Program-made: the position numbers and the translations under genes
Part shown: in pieces, positions 11,101 through 22,768 of the stretch
Layout: each line of letters opens with the position of its first letter
How positions within the stretch are numbered: the stretch's first letter is position 1
Assembly (NCBI RefSeq): GCF_009914755.1
Contig: NC_060926.1
DNA: 64,000 nt
From: the human T2T-CHM13v2.0 reference genome, Homo sapiens
Direction: 5' to 3' (one strand)
The notes under the pieces: model-generated
The model's input: the letters and a program-made list of their open reading frames with translations, nothing else
Told to the model about the DNA's origin: nothing
Databases searched by the model: none

Positions 11101-14100
11101 GTCTACTTTAAAAAAATTTTTTTTTGGCTAATGTTTTGTCAATTTTGTTTATCTTTTGAAAAAACCAACATTTGTTTTATTGATCTATTGTATTGTTTTG
11201 TTCATTTGAATTTCATTTATTTCTGCTCTGATGTTCATTATTTTTCTTATATTTATTAGGTTTTGTTTACTCTTACTTTGCTAGTTCTTTAAAATGACTC
11301 AGTAGGTAATTTATTTAAAGTTTTTCTTTATTATTGGTGTAGGCACTTGAAGAGAGCCGGCAAAGGGATCATGACAACTCAACATTCCAATGGAGGGTAT
11401 ATGATCAAACAGCAAACTGTTTATCATGAATGCAGGATGTGGGCAAACTTATGACTGCGCCTGCCACTAGAAGGTTTGCTGAAGGCAATCACTCCCTGGT
11501 GCCGTGCTCGTTGAGGTTATCTACTGGGACGTCTATAGCCTATTGTTTGAAGAATGCAATCTTGCAAGCCTGCTGTAAATCAAACTGCCGACTGATAGTC
11601 ACCCAACGATCACCTCCTCTTCTTGCTATCTCTTTTACCGAATAAATATGGAGGACTGAAGAAGCTTAGGGCCCTTGTTAACTTGAAGCAAGGAGTCCCC
11701 TGACCCTTCTTCCAAATATACTCTTTTGTCTTTGTCTTTATTCCCATGTTTGTCATCCTTTGTTCAGTCCCCCAAGGTCCGTGCAGGTGGCAAAGTGGTG
11801 CCCAAACAGGGACTTGAGGACATCGGCAGGCACTTACAGCTAAAAAATTCACCTGTTAGTACGGCTTTCACTGTATTTCATAGGTTTTGGTATGTTGTGT
11901 TTCCATCACCGTTCGTTCCAAGAATTTTTTCAATTTCCTCTTTGCTTTTCTCATTCAGGAGCATATTGTTTAATTTCCATGTGTTTGTATAGTTTCCAAA
12001 ATTCCTCCTGTTAAACTGATTTTTAATTTTATTGTAGTCAGGGAACATACATGACTCAATTTCAGGGTTTTTTTATTTTTTAAGATTTGTTTTGTGGCCC
12101 AATATGCCAGGCCATGTATATCCCAAGGATAGAGATAGTCTGTTCTTGAGAATGATGCATGTGATAAGGAGAAGAATGTGTATTCTGCAGTCATTAGAAG
12201 AAATGCTCTGTGAAATAGCTATTTGGTTCTTTTAGTCTGTAGTGCAGATTAAGTCTGATGTGTCTTTGATGATTTTCTGTCCTGATGATATGTCCAGTGC
12301 TGAAAGTGGGGTCTTCAAGTTTCCATCTATTATTGTATTGAGGTCCATCTCTCTCTTTAGCTCTAATAATATTTGCTTTATATATCTGGATGCTCCACAG
12401 TTGGGTGCGTATATATTTACAACTATTATAACTTCTTGCTGAATTGACCTCTTTATCATTATATAACGACTTTCTTGTCTCTTTTTACAGTTTTTGTCTG
12501 AAATCTCTTTTGTCCAATATAAGTATAGCTACTCCTGCCCCTTTTTGGTTTTCATTTGTGTGGAATATCTTTTCCATTCCTTTATTTTCAGTTCTTTATT
12601 TTCAGTTTTAGAGGTGCAGTGTGTTTCTTGTAGACAACAGATCATTAGCTCTTAATTTTTCATCCATTCAGTCACTCTATGTCTTTTTATTGGAGGTGGT
12701 TTTAGTCCATTTATATTCAGTGTTATTATTGATAAGTAAGGAGGAAGCCCTTGCCATTTTGTTATTTGTTTTCTGGTTGTTTTGTGGTCTTCTCTTCTTA
12801 ATTCCTGTCTTCCATTTAGTGAAGGTTATTGGTGGTATGATTCAGTTTCTTGCTTTTTATTTTTTGTGTATCTGTTGCATGTTTTTTGATTTGAGGTTAC
12901 CATGAGGCTTGCAAATACTATTTGATAACTCATTATTTTAAGTTGATGACAACTTAACATTGATTACATAAACAAAAAAAGCAAAGAGAAAACTACTGAA
13001 AACTCTCCACTTTAACTTAATCCTTCTACTTTTTAAAGTTTTATTATTTCTATTTATATCTTATTGCACTGTCTATATTTTGACATTGTTGTACTTATTG
13101 TTTTTGATCAGTTCATCTTTTAGTCTTTCTATCAAGGTATGAGTAGTTTACATACCACCATTATAATGTTATAATGTTCTGTGTTTGTGTACTTACTATT
13201 ACCAGTGAGTTCTGTACCTTCAGATGCTTTTTTCTTGTTCATTAACATCCTTTTCTTACAAACTGAAGAACTCCCTTTAGTATTTCTTGTAGGACAGGTC
13301 TGGTGTTGATGAAATCCCTTTCCTTTTGTTTGCCTGGGAGAATCTTTATTTTTCCTTCATGGATATTTGAGGTTTGATGGGTAATTTCATTGGATATACT
13401 ATTTTAGGATACAAGTTTTTTTTTTCCGTCATAACTTTAAACATGCCATACCATTGTCTCTTATCCTGTAAGGTTTCCACTGAAAAGTCTGCTGCCAGAT
13501 ATATTGGAGCTATATATGTTGTTTCTTTTCTCTTGCTGCTTTTAAGATCCTTTCTTTATTAGTGACTTTTGGGAATTTGATTATTAAATGCTTTGAGGGA
13601 GTCTAATTTGGGTTAAAACTGCTTGGTGTTCTCTAATCTTTTTGCACTTGAATACTGATATTTTTTCTAGGTTTGGTATGTTCTCTGATATTATCCCTTT
13701 GAATAAACTTTCTACCCCTATGTCTTTCTCTACCTCCTGTTTGCCTCCTGTTTACCTTCCTCCCTCTTACTCCATCCATGCCTCTACCTCCTCTTTAAGG
13801 CCAATAACTCTTAGATTTGCCCTTTTGAGGCTATTTTTTTAGATCTCATAGGCATGCTTCATTCTGTTTTACTCTTTTTTTCTTTCTCTGACTGTATTTT
13901 CAAATAGCCCGTCTTCAGGCTCACTAATACTTTCTTCTGCTTGATCAATTCTGTTGGCAGGAGGCTCTTATGCATTCTTCAGTTTGTCAGTTGAATTTTC
14001 AACTCCAGAATTTCCGCTTGATTCTTTTTAACTTTTTTCAGTCTGTTCATTAAATTTTTCTGGTAGGATTCTTAATTCCTTCTCTGTGTTATCTTGAATT

Positions 14101-16210
14101 TCTTTGAGTTTCCACAAAACAACTGTTTTGAATTATCTGTCTGAAAGGTTGCACATTTCTCTTTGGTGAGGTCATGTTGTCCTGGATGGAAATGCTGTGG
14201 ATGCTTGGATGCTTGTGGATGTTCATCATTGTCTAGGTATTGAACAGTTAGGTATTTTATTGTAGTCTTCACGTTCTGGGCTACCCATCCTTCTTGGGAA
14301 GGCATTCCAGGTATTTGAGGGGACTTGGGTGTTATGATCTAAGTTCTTGGTCACTGCAGCTGTATCTTCATTAGGGGGCACTCCAATCTCAATAATGTTG
14401 TGGCTTTTGTAGTCTTATAGAGGTACTGGCTAAGTTGTCTTGGATAAGATCAGGAAGAATTCTCTAGATTACCAGGTACAGACTTTTCCTTTACTTCCCC
14501 CCAAACCATGAGTGTTTCCCTCTCTGTGTAGAGCTGCCTGGAGCTGGAGCAGGGTTGATAGAAGCCACCCCTGTGGTCACTACCACTGAGACTGTGCTGG
14601 GTCTGACCTGAAGCCAGCACAGCACAGAGTCTTTCCCAAGGCCCATTCACTGTAAATCACTGCCTGGGTAACACCTATGTTCACTCAAGGCCCTAAGGCT
14701 CTACAATCAGCAGGTGGCCAGGCTTGTGTTCTTTCCTTCAGAGTGGCAAATTTCCCCTAGCCTAGGTGCATTCAGAGATGCTGTCTAGGAGCCAGGGCCT
14801 GGATTTGGAAATCTTAAGAATCTACCTGGTGCTCTATTCTACTACAGCTGAGCTAGCTCGCACCCCTGAAGACAAAGTCCTTCCTACTCTCCCCTTTCCA
14901 CAATCAGGGAAGTCTACCACCAGCCTAGGCCCATTGCAAATACAGCCTGGCTACCACCAATGTTCACTCAAGGGCCAAGGACTCCTCAGTCAGCTTGAGG
15001 TTGATGCTGCCAAACCTGGAACTCTCCCTTCGGGGCAGTAGTCTGCCCTCTGGCCCAGGGCAGGTCCAGAAATTCCATTTGAGTGCAAAGGCCTGGATTC
15101 AGGGACCTCAATGGGCCTGACTGGTGTTCTACCCAACTAGGGCCAAGCTGCTACTTAATCTGCAAAAGCAAGTCTCCTTTACTCTTTCATTTCTTTTTCT
15201 CAAGCAGAAAGAATCTCTTCCCATAGCCACCACACCTCTGTATGTGCTAGGTCACACCTGAAGCCGGCATGTCTCTGAGTCTCATTCAGGACCCACAGCA
15301 AGTAGTGCCTGGCTACTGATGCTGATTATTTAGGACCCAAGGGCTCTTTAGTCAGCAGGTCATAAATCCTGCCAGGACTGGGTTCTTCCTTTGAAGGCAG
15401 TGGGTTCTCTTTTGGCTCAGGGAGTTTCTAGAAATGTTGTCTGGGAGCTAGGGCCTAGAATGGGGGCCTCAGGACTCTGCCCAGTGCCCTACCCTACTGT
15501 TGCTGAGCTGGTATCCAAATTGCAAGACAAAGTCCTCTTTACTCTTCTCTCCTCAAGTGGAAGGAAGGAGTCTCTCGGGGTTAGGGGAGGTGTGGCACAA
15601 GCACTCACTTGGCTGCCCTGGCTGGTATCTCACTAAGTCATGTGCTCCTAATGTCCACTGGCTCTGAGCCCAGCATAGCATCATAACTTGCCAAAGAATT
15701 ACAGTCCATGTGGTGTAGACTGCCTTTCAAGTTTATTTAGTACCCCAGAACCCTTTAGCCCGTGGTGGTGAGGCTTTCTGGAACTCAGGTTCTGACTGCT
15801 GGGATGGGCAAGTCCCCTCTTGCTAGGGCTGGTTGAAATGCTCCCTCTGGGTGATGGCTGAGTTCTGCCTGGTGTTGCTTTCTGCCATGATGATGCAGCA
15901 CTATTTTCGAATGTAAAAAATTCCATAATTACTACAGTCTCCCTCCCACAGGACAGAGATTTTCTCTCCATGCCACTTGGCCACTGCCAGGGGATGGGGG
16001 AGGTGTGGTGTCAGCAACTCAAGACTGTCTTTTCTGCCTTCTTCAGTGCCTCTTTCAGCAATATGAAGTTAAAGCCTGGTATTGTGATTACTCACTTGAT
16101 TTTTGGTTCTTATGAAGTTGCCTTTTTGTGTGAATAGTTCTTCAGTTTGGTGTTCCTGCAGGGTTAATGATCAGAGGTGTCTATTCAGCCATCTTGAACT
16201 GCCTCCTTCC
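8135..16210 (-). mobile_element. Near full-length ancient L1 (L1MA3/4-like), interrupted by LTR3
   Basis: Poly(T) plus L1MA 3'UTR at 8135. Degenerate ORF2 includes the EN fragment MIKRSIQQEVIIVVNIYAPN (12232-12459, minus). GC-richer repetitive 5'UTR at 14500-16200 ends at ...attcagccatcttgaactgcctcc (rc of ggaggcagttcaagatggctgaata). Confidence 0.88.
11348..11828 (+). mobile_element. LTR3 (HERV-K HML-6) LTR plus PBS and short leader
   Basis: tgaagagagccggcaaagggatc...tcaaacagcaaactgtttatcatgaatgcagg is the LTR3 signature. LTR ends ...ggtggca at 11792; PBS tggtgcccaaacagggac at 11796-11813; 6-bp TSD ggcact at 11342-11347 and 11829-11834. Confidence 0.85.
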
Positions 16211-16357
16211 AAATTATTCTTTTTGAACTTTACAAAAGTAATTTTACACTCTACCCCTTTGTCAGGATTTTTCTGTAGCCCCAAAATTTGCCTCAACTCA
16301 CCACTATTGTGAATGTCATAGCAGCTATCAGTAATAAACATCAGTGTTGAATTTTGT

Positions 16358-17038
16358 TTTTTTTTATTTTTTTTACTTTATTATTATTATACTTTAAGTT
16401 TTAGGGTACATGTGCACAATGTGCAGGTTAGTTACATATGTATACATGTGCCATGCTGGTGTGCTGCACCCACTAACTCGTCATCTAGCATTAGGTATAT
16501 CTCCCAATGCTATCCCTCCCCCCTCCCCCCACCCCACAACAGTCCCCAGAGTGTGATGTTCCCCTTCCTGTGTCCATGTGTTCTCATTGTTCAGTTCCCA
16601 CCTATGAGTGAGAATATGCGGTGTTTGGTTTTTTGTTCTTGCGATAGTTTACTGAGAATGATGATTTCCAATTTCATCCATGTCCCTACAAAGGACATGA
16701 ACTCATCATTTTTTATGGCTGCATAGTATTCCATGGTGTATATGTGCCACATTTTCTTAATCCAGTCTATCATTGTTGGACATTTGGGTTGGTTCCAAGT
16801 CTTTGCTATTGTGAATAATGCAGCAATAAACATAGCAGCATGATTTATAGTCCTTTTGGTATATACCCAGTAATGGGATGGCTGGGTCAAATGGTATTTC
16901 TAGTTCTAGATCCCTGAGGAATCGCCACACTGACTTCCACAATGGTTGAAGTAGTTTACAGTCCCACCAACAGTGTAAAAGTGTTCCTATTTCTCCACAT
17001 CCTCTCCAGCACCTGTTGTTTCCTGACTTTTTAATGAT
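16358..17038 (-). mobile_element. 5'-truncated young L1 (L1PA2-like)
   Basis: 3'UTR carries the GAG diagnostic (rc ctagatgacgagttag); ORF2 C-terminus ...KHRIFSLIGGN; TSD tgt(t/c)gaattttgt at 16345-16357 and 17039-17051; ~20-bp internal deletion near 16834. Confidence 0.92.
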
Positions 17039-17538
17039 TGTCGAATTTTGTATAGCACTTTTGGAAAGAATTTTTGGGGCAGCAAAGATCCTCTTTCCTC
17101 ATTGGATTTCCATGTAAACATTCTGTGCATTCTGTGTAACCTGTTGTATAACCATTAACAGCTTGGGAAAGAGAAGGCGAAAGGAAAATTTGCTGCTGAG
17201 TTTCTGTAGGTGAGAATAGATCTGCTTATTCAAATAGTCAGCAAACAAATTAGAGACTTCTTGCCAATGCGAAGAAAATGACAGCACTCAAGAGACGATG
17301 ATTGTTTTATTTTTTTAATTTTATTTTTATTGAGCAACACTTCATTCCATAAAATAGAATTAGTATTCCCTATTCCTTGGTATTTTTAAAAAACTACCAA
17401 TTATTTTATTTATTTTGTACACTGACTTACATGATATAATAATTTTTATGGCTGTACTAATTTCATTTGTTGCTTGCTGAAATGTCTTCATTTTTCTAGT
17501 TTTAGGTCTGCTAAGATGTTCTGTCAGAATACTACATA

Positions 17539-18350
17539 CAGTTTGAGTATCTTTTATCCAAAATGCTTGGGACCATAGTATTTCAGATTTTGGATTTTTT
17601 TTCAGATGTTGGAATATTTGCAAATACATATCAATGATAATGATATTTTGAAAATATGATTTAGTGTTATTCAAGTGCAAAGCTTGAGGATAGCCACCTG
17701 GGAAACACAGTCTCCAAAAGAATGAGTGAGTGTTCCATAGTGGGGAAGTTTTCACTTATATAGGCAGAAACAGAAGTTAACAGGGTTGCAACATTTTCCA
17801 TACAAGGTCATTACATAGTTTGTAATGATTTGATTGATTACAGCTTGCTACATTCCAAGGAAGATTGCTTTGACATTCTGCAAGGAAGGGCAGTATTCTA
17901 AAGGGGTCTTATATCTGGTGGTATTCCGTGTTTTGTAATCATTTTTAGGACAGTAATGAAGACATTTAATCTATAATTGAAGAAGCAGAAGTTGCAGCTT
18001 CATGCTATGTGGCTCAGGCCACATAGTCCCGTTCCTCTCAAGCCTTAACAAATATAAAGTTCCAAAAGCTATAGGTTTGGATTATTTAGTTTGACATATA
18101 CACTAAGATCTCTTGGGGCTGGGACCCAGTTATAAACATGAAATTCATTTATGTTCCATATACACCTTGTACACACAGCCTGAAGGTAATTTTATACAAT
18201 ATTTTAAATAATTTTGTATATGAAACAAAGTTTGTGTTAAGTACTTGCATGTGGAATTTTTTACCTGTGGTATCATGTTGGTGCTTCAGAATTTTTGGCT
18301 ATTGGAGCATTTCAGATTTTGGATTTTCGGATTAGGGATTGCTCAACTTG
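17539..18350. mobile_element. Tigger4/MER46 DNA transposon split by an LTR
   Basis: TIRs cagtttgagtatcttttatccaaaa and ttttcggattagggattgctcaacttg, with TA flanks. Confidence 0.8.
17631..18096 (-). mobile_element. MER67-type ERV1 solo LTR
   Basis: Reverse complement starts tgtcaaactaaataatccaaacctatagcttttggaacttta...gcctgagccacatagcatgaagctgcaacttctg, matching the recalled MER67 5' end. Confidence 0.65.
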
Positions 18351-18739
18351 TACTTTAGGTTTTGAGGGCCATGAGGACTCTGTGGCAACTAGTCAACTAT
18401 CTCATGTAGTGCAAATGCATCCATACATAATATGTAAACGAATGGGCATGGGCATGCTGTGCTCTAACAAACTTTATTTATAAGAACTGTTAGCTGACCC
18501 CTGATCTAGTTGATAGACTGACTGACTTCCATGTGGAATACTAGTGTAAGCTCCTGTTGTCACTAATTATTTTCTCCATAGTGTTTCTAAAAGTCATGGT
18601 ACTAAAATTACTGTATTTCTTTTTAAATGATAATTAAAAGCATTAAAAGGTCCATGCATTCTTTTTTTCTTTTTTTTGATTAACATGCTATGTGCTATTG
18701 AAAGGGCAAACCTACCTTCTTACTATCCTTTAGACAATC

Positions 18740-19153
18740 CAATCACACTCCTGCTGCAGGGCCTTTGCACTTGCTGATGCAGATACAAACCGGAACATAA
18801 GACACTCTGCCTCTTTGTCTAGATTTATGCTCAGATAACAGTTTTATCAATGACATCTTCACCACCCTAAATACGTAGCAACCCAGCTTCACATAAATAC
18901 TTGTCCTACACTTGGTTCTATCTTTAGTCCTCTACTTTCTCCCCACCCCAAGGTACTTAGTATCATCTGTCATAGTATATGTTTTTTATTTAGTTATTCA
19001 TATTCTGTCTCCATCCACTTGACTAATAGATAGGAGGACAGAGATTTGTTTGCTTTCATCTGCTTTATCCCCAGTAATTAAAATATTAATGGTTCCTGGC
19101 ATATAACAGTCAACAAACATTGTTGAAAAAAAATGAATGGATGAATGAATGAG
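18740..19153 (+). mobile_element. L2 3' fragment
   Basis: cagggcctttgcacttgctg ... cctggcatata...tgttgaa...atgaatggatgaatgaatga tail, immediately upstream of exon 4. Confidence 0.7.
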
Positions 19154-19226
19154 TCGAAGGCTTATCTATATCATTAATTAATGCTTTGATGTTTTCAGAA
19201 TAAATAAATGCACGTTTAAATTTCAG

Positions 19227-19345
19227 GAACGGAAAACAGTTCTTCCTTCAAAGCATGCAGTACCTGAAGTAATAGAAGACTTTCTCTGCAATTTCTTGAT
19301 CAAAATGGGAATGACCAGAACTCTTGATTGCTTTCAGTCTGAATG
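19227..19345 (+). CDS. SPAG16: SPAG16 coding exon 4 (119 nt), ERKTVLPSKHAVPEVIEDFLCNFLIKMGMTRTLDCFQSE(W)
   Basis: tttcag|GAA acceptor; ATG|gtaaac donor; phase 0-2; open frame matches the recalled protein. Confidence 0.95.
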
Positions 19346-19486
19346 GTAAACAATTATGTAGATAAATAGTTCTCTTAAAATTCTAACATTTAACATATAC
19401 ACTTTTAAGTGTCTTAGGAGACTTTGAAATGACTCAGCCTATGAAAAATGACTAGAAACTTTTCCCATCTCCAGCCCTGAAACCAC

Positions 19487-19488
<2 letters not shown>

Positions 19489-19536
<48 letters not shown>
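19489..19536. repeat. (CA)n microsatellite, ~24 units
   Basis: Uninterrupted CA run ~140 nt downstream of the exon 4 donor. Confidence 0.97.
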
Positions 19537-19538
<2 letters not shown>

Positions 19539-21156
19539 TCAGAATAGCAGTTACAAAGACATTTTTATTAAACATCTTTCCCAAATATTTAAGTTTAAGT
19601 AATTTTTAAAAAATCAAGACACTTGAATATCTCCTGGAGTTATAAAACACAAAGATATTTTATGAAAACATTTCCTAATATTTTTGTATAATTATTGAGA
19701 GTATTTCCTGTATTTAGACATTATACTAAACAGTCCTGCTTTACTTCCTTGTTTTATTTATAGTGTAATGGCTTGTCTTTTTCTACTCACATAGCTGATT
19801 AATTATATTTCTATGAATATTCTTCAGTTAGAAGTAAGTGGAATTGTATTTTGAATATCACTTAAACAAAATATTTTCTTGTTATAATTGAAAATTTTAA
19901 TAACTAGTTATGAAAATCAGTAGGTGTACCTTTATTCCTTTGTTATAATAATAATGTCACCAGGCATATTTTCAGTTTCCTGACATTGTTTAAATAAATT
20001 TATTAAATGATTAGCTATGAAAATGTATTTGAACTTTAATAGCTATTGCATATTCTAGAAAGGGGGATTAATATGATACCTAAAGATGTTTATAATTAGG
20101 ACTAATTCCTAATTTTAAATAAATTTGCAATGTATGGATAATTTGCGATTTTTACTCATCCAGCTGTGGTATAAATTTTTATTTTTTGCTTTTTTTGGTT
20201 CTCATCTTCTGAGAACATGCACATAAGCGCAGTCAGTTTCATTATTTTAAATTGCACATGTAATGTTAATAAATTCTATGAGGAGAATTATTTTTCATTA
20301 ATACAGTCTAAGAAAAACAAAGTTCAGTGGAAGAAAAATAATACTGCTTCTCTTAAATTTGGAAATAGTGTGAATTATTTAAAATAATTTTTTATAAAAA
20401 TATCCCTAAGAAATATAATAATTACAAATGTACTAGAAAATATATTTTTTGTAAAAGTAGGTAGATGATTAATTTACAGTGCTAATAAAGTGAAAGATTA
20501 ATATGATTCACTTAACTTTCTGTGTTCAACAATGTGTGTTAGGACATGTGATGCTTATATGTTAGGCCAGTCCAAAGTGTAAAATGATTTTCTTAGAATA
20601 ATCTGGATCCAAGTATACTGTTAACAATTCGGTGACTATTGTCATATTTTCCTTTTAGATTTAGCAATCTGAATTGATGAGATGAAATTTTAGGAAACTA
20701 AGATTACTGTTAGTATTAAGATTTAAAGTCCTCCCAAACTAAGCATACTAGTCATAAGATAAAATTGGTATAACGCATTTCTTTATGAGTTTAGAATATC
20801 GTGGTTCAAGTAATTTTATCCTTATCCCTAGCTGCCAGTTTGCAATGAGATTACATTGTATTGAATACCTTAATTCATATGAAACATTTTTTATTTTGAT
20901 TAGAAAACTTTACCTATTCTACATAGTAAAATTATAGGAATATTAAATATATTATTTTTTATCATTTTTACCACAGGAAAAAACACTTAGAATATATCAT
21001 TTGCTATGAATTCACTTAATCTTTCAAAACATGACCAAACAAGGATTTTCCTTTGTTAGTTTGTTAAAATAAGCAAACAAACAAAACACTGGGCAGTAAA
21101 ATTTGATATAGGTTCTTTCACTCCTCAAGCAGAAAATGCAATAGATCCTTTAAATC

Positions 21157-21388
21157 GAGGGTTAGAAAACTAAGATCCTTGGGCCAAATCTGGCCTGCTT
21201 CCTGATTTTTAAAATAAAATCTTATTGGAACACAGATATAACCTTTCTTTAGGTATTGTATATGGCTGCTTTCACTCTGTAAAAGCAAAGTTAATTAGTC
21301 ACAACAGGAGAGATATGGCCTGTAAATATAGTTTTGCCAATTCTAAAATATTTATTCTCTGACCCTTTACAGAAAAGAGTTGCCAGAA
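21157..21388. mobile_element. MER58A-like hAT element
   Basis: gggccaaatctggcctgc...ttattggaacacag...tatggctgcttt...ccctttacagaaaa. Confidence 0.75.
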
Positions 21389-22561
21389 CATAGTAGGAAT
21401 TTGTTCTATGAACCACTGAAAAGTTTCCATTGCAGGTTTAGTCGATGGTTCAATTCTATTTATATGCCTATTTTAGAATTCTCAATGGGCAATGGTAATT
21501 TCTCAGGGGGGAAAAATTAAAGAAGAAATTAAAATGGAGAAAATATGATAATCTAATTCCAGTACCCTTACCTGAGCATATGTCATCCATCTGTCTTCCT
21601 ACACTGACTGTTCCCCTATTAACATTGTCAGAACTACTCACCCTAAAGATACATTCTTACTTTTTTTGCCTCTTACTACACTTCTTTTTAAACCATTTTT
21701 CCCTTTCCAGCCAATATTTTGAAAACAGAGTTTAAATTTTTTTTCTTTCTTCACCTTTTTACTTCGTATTCAACACTTAGTTCTCTCCAGTTTGGCCTAT
21801 TCGCACCATTTCACTGAAGGTAGGGTGGCAATGAAAATGCCATCAAAAGTAATAGTACAATTATTTATAACATTTAATTACTAATTTAATTTTTTTTAAT
21901 AATGGAAGAGATTGTAAATTAAGAGTATATTTCATTAATTTGCATGAAAGAAATATTGCAGCTTTTAGACAATAAAATTTGTCATAACATTTAATCACTT
22001 AAATGTGAGCAGTGCAGTTACAACTTTCTGGGGATGGTTAAGTTTTAAAGCCAGAGCCTAGAATTAAAATTACCTTTGATATAGCCCTTATGTTGCCCAA
22101 GTATGTACAGGAAATATGTGTGGTGTTGTGTATACATTAATGACTCCCAGTGAACACTACACAAATATTTGTTCCTTTGTCATTTGATCTTACTGCTGTT
22201 TCTTCAATTAATGAGAACTTGGCTTCTAGTTATATGTCCCATAAGAATATTTTTTCCCCATTCATTATTAAGTTTAACACAGGAATGTAGTGACTCTTCT
22301 ACATAACATAAAAGTTAGCAAAAGCTAATTTTTGCTATGTTACATTATGATACATTTGACCACTATAAATACATCTGCACAGATTTATGTACTATGATAT
22401 TAAGAGAGCAGCCATTTAGGTGAGTATTTAATTTAAATTTTTAAAACAAAATTAATAACATGTTTATTAAATATGAGGGATTTAAAAATATTTAAGAAGG
22501 TGAAGCCTTAGGCTTATCACTCAGAAATTTACTTTGTATCATTTTTATTGATATAGTATAT

Positions 22562-22768
22562 TCTCATGCATTATTTCATTTACTTCTCCCAACAACTGTA
22601 TCTAGCAGGTAGCCACAGCCATATTTCTATTTTACGGGTAAGGAAAGGGGATAGGGAGATTAGGAAATCTCATCAGTGAGTGTCACCAAGTCATAGCCAG
22701 TAAGTGGCAGAGTCAACCTAGGACATACTGATCTTAAAGACCAGTCTCCTAACCACAGGGCTATATTG
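22562..22768 (-). mobile_element. MIR
   Basis: cattatttcattta...attttacgggtaaggaaa...caagtcatagccagtaagtggcagag...ctcctaaccac. Confidence 0.7.

Larger units (their letters stand above)
17501..18503. mobile_element. MER58A-like hAT element split by nested insertions
   Basis: 5' stub taggtctgctaagatgttctgtc before 17539; remainder ttaggttttgagggccat...aaactttattta...gctgacccctg at 18353-18503. Confidence 0.65.

Noticed and set aside
11796-11817. tRNA-Lys gene fragment
   Set aside because: It is the retroviral primer-binding site complementary to the tRNA-Lys3 3' end, not a tRNA gene.
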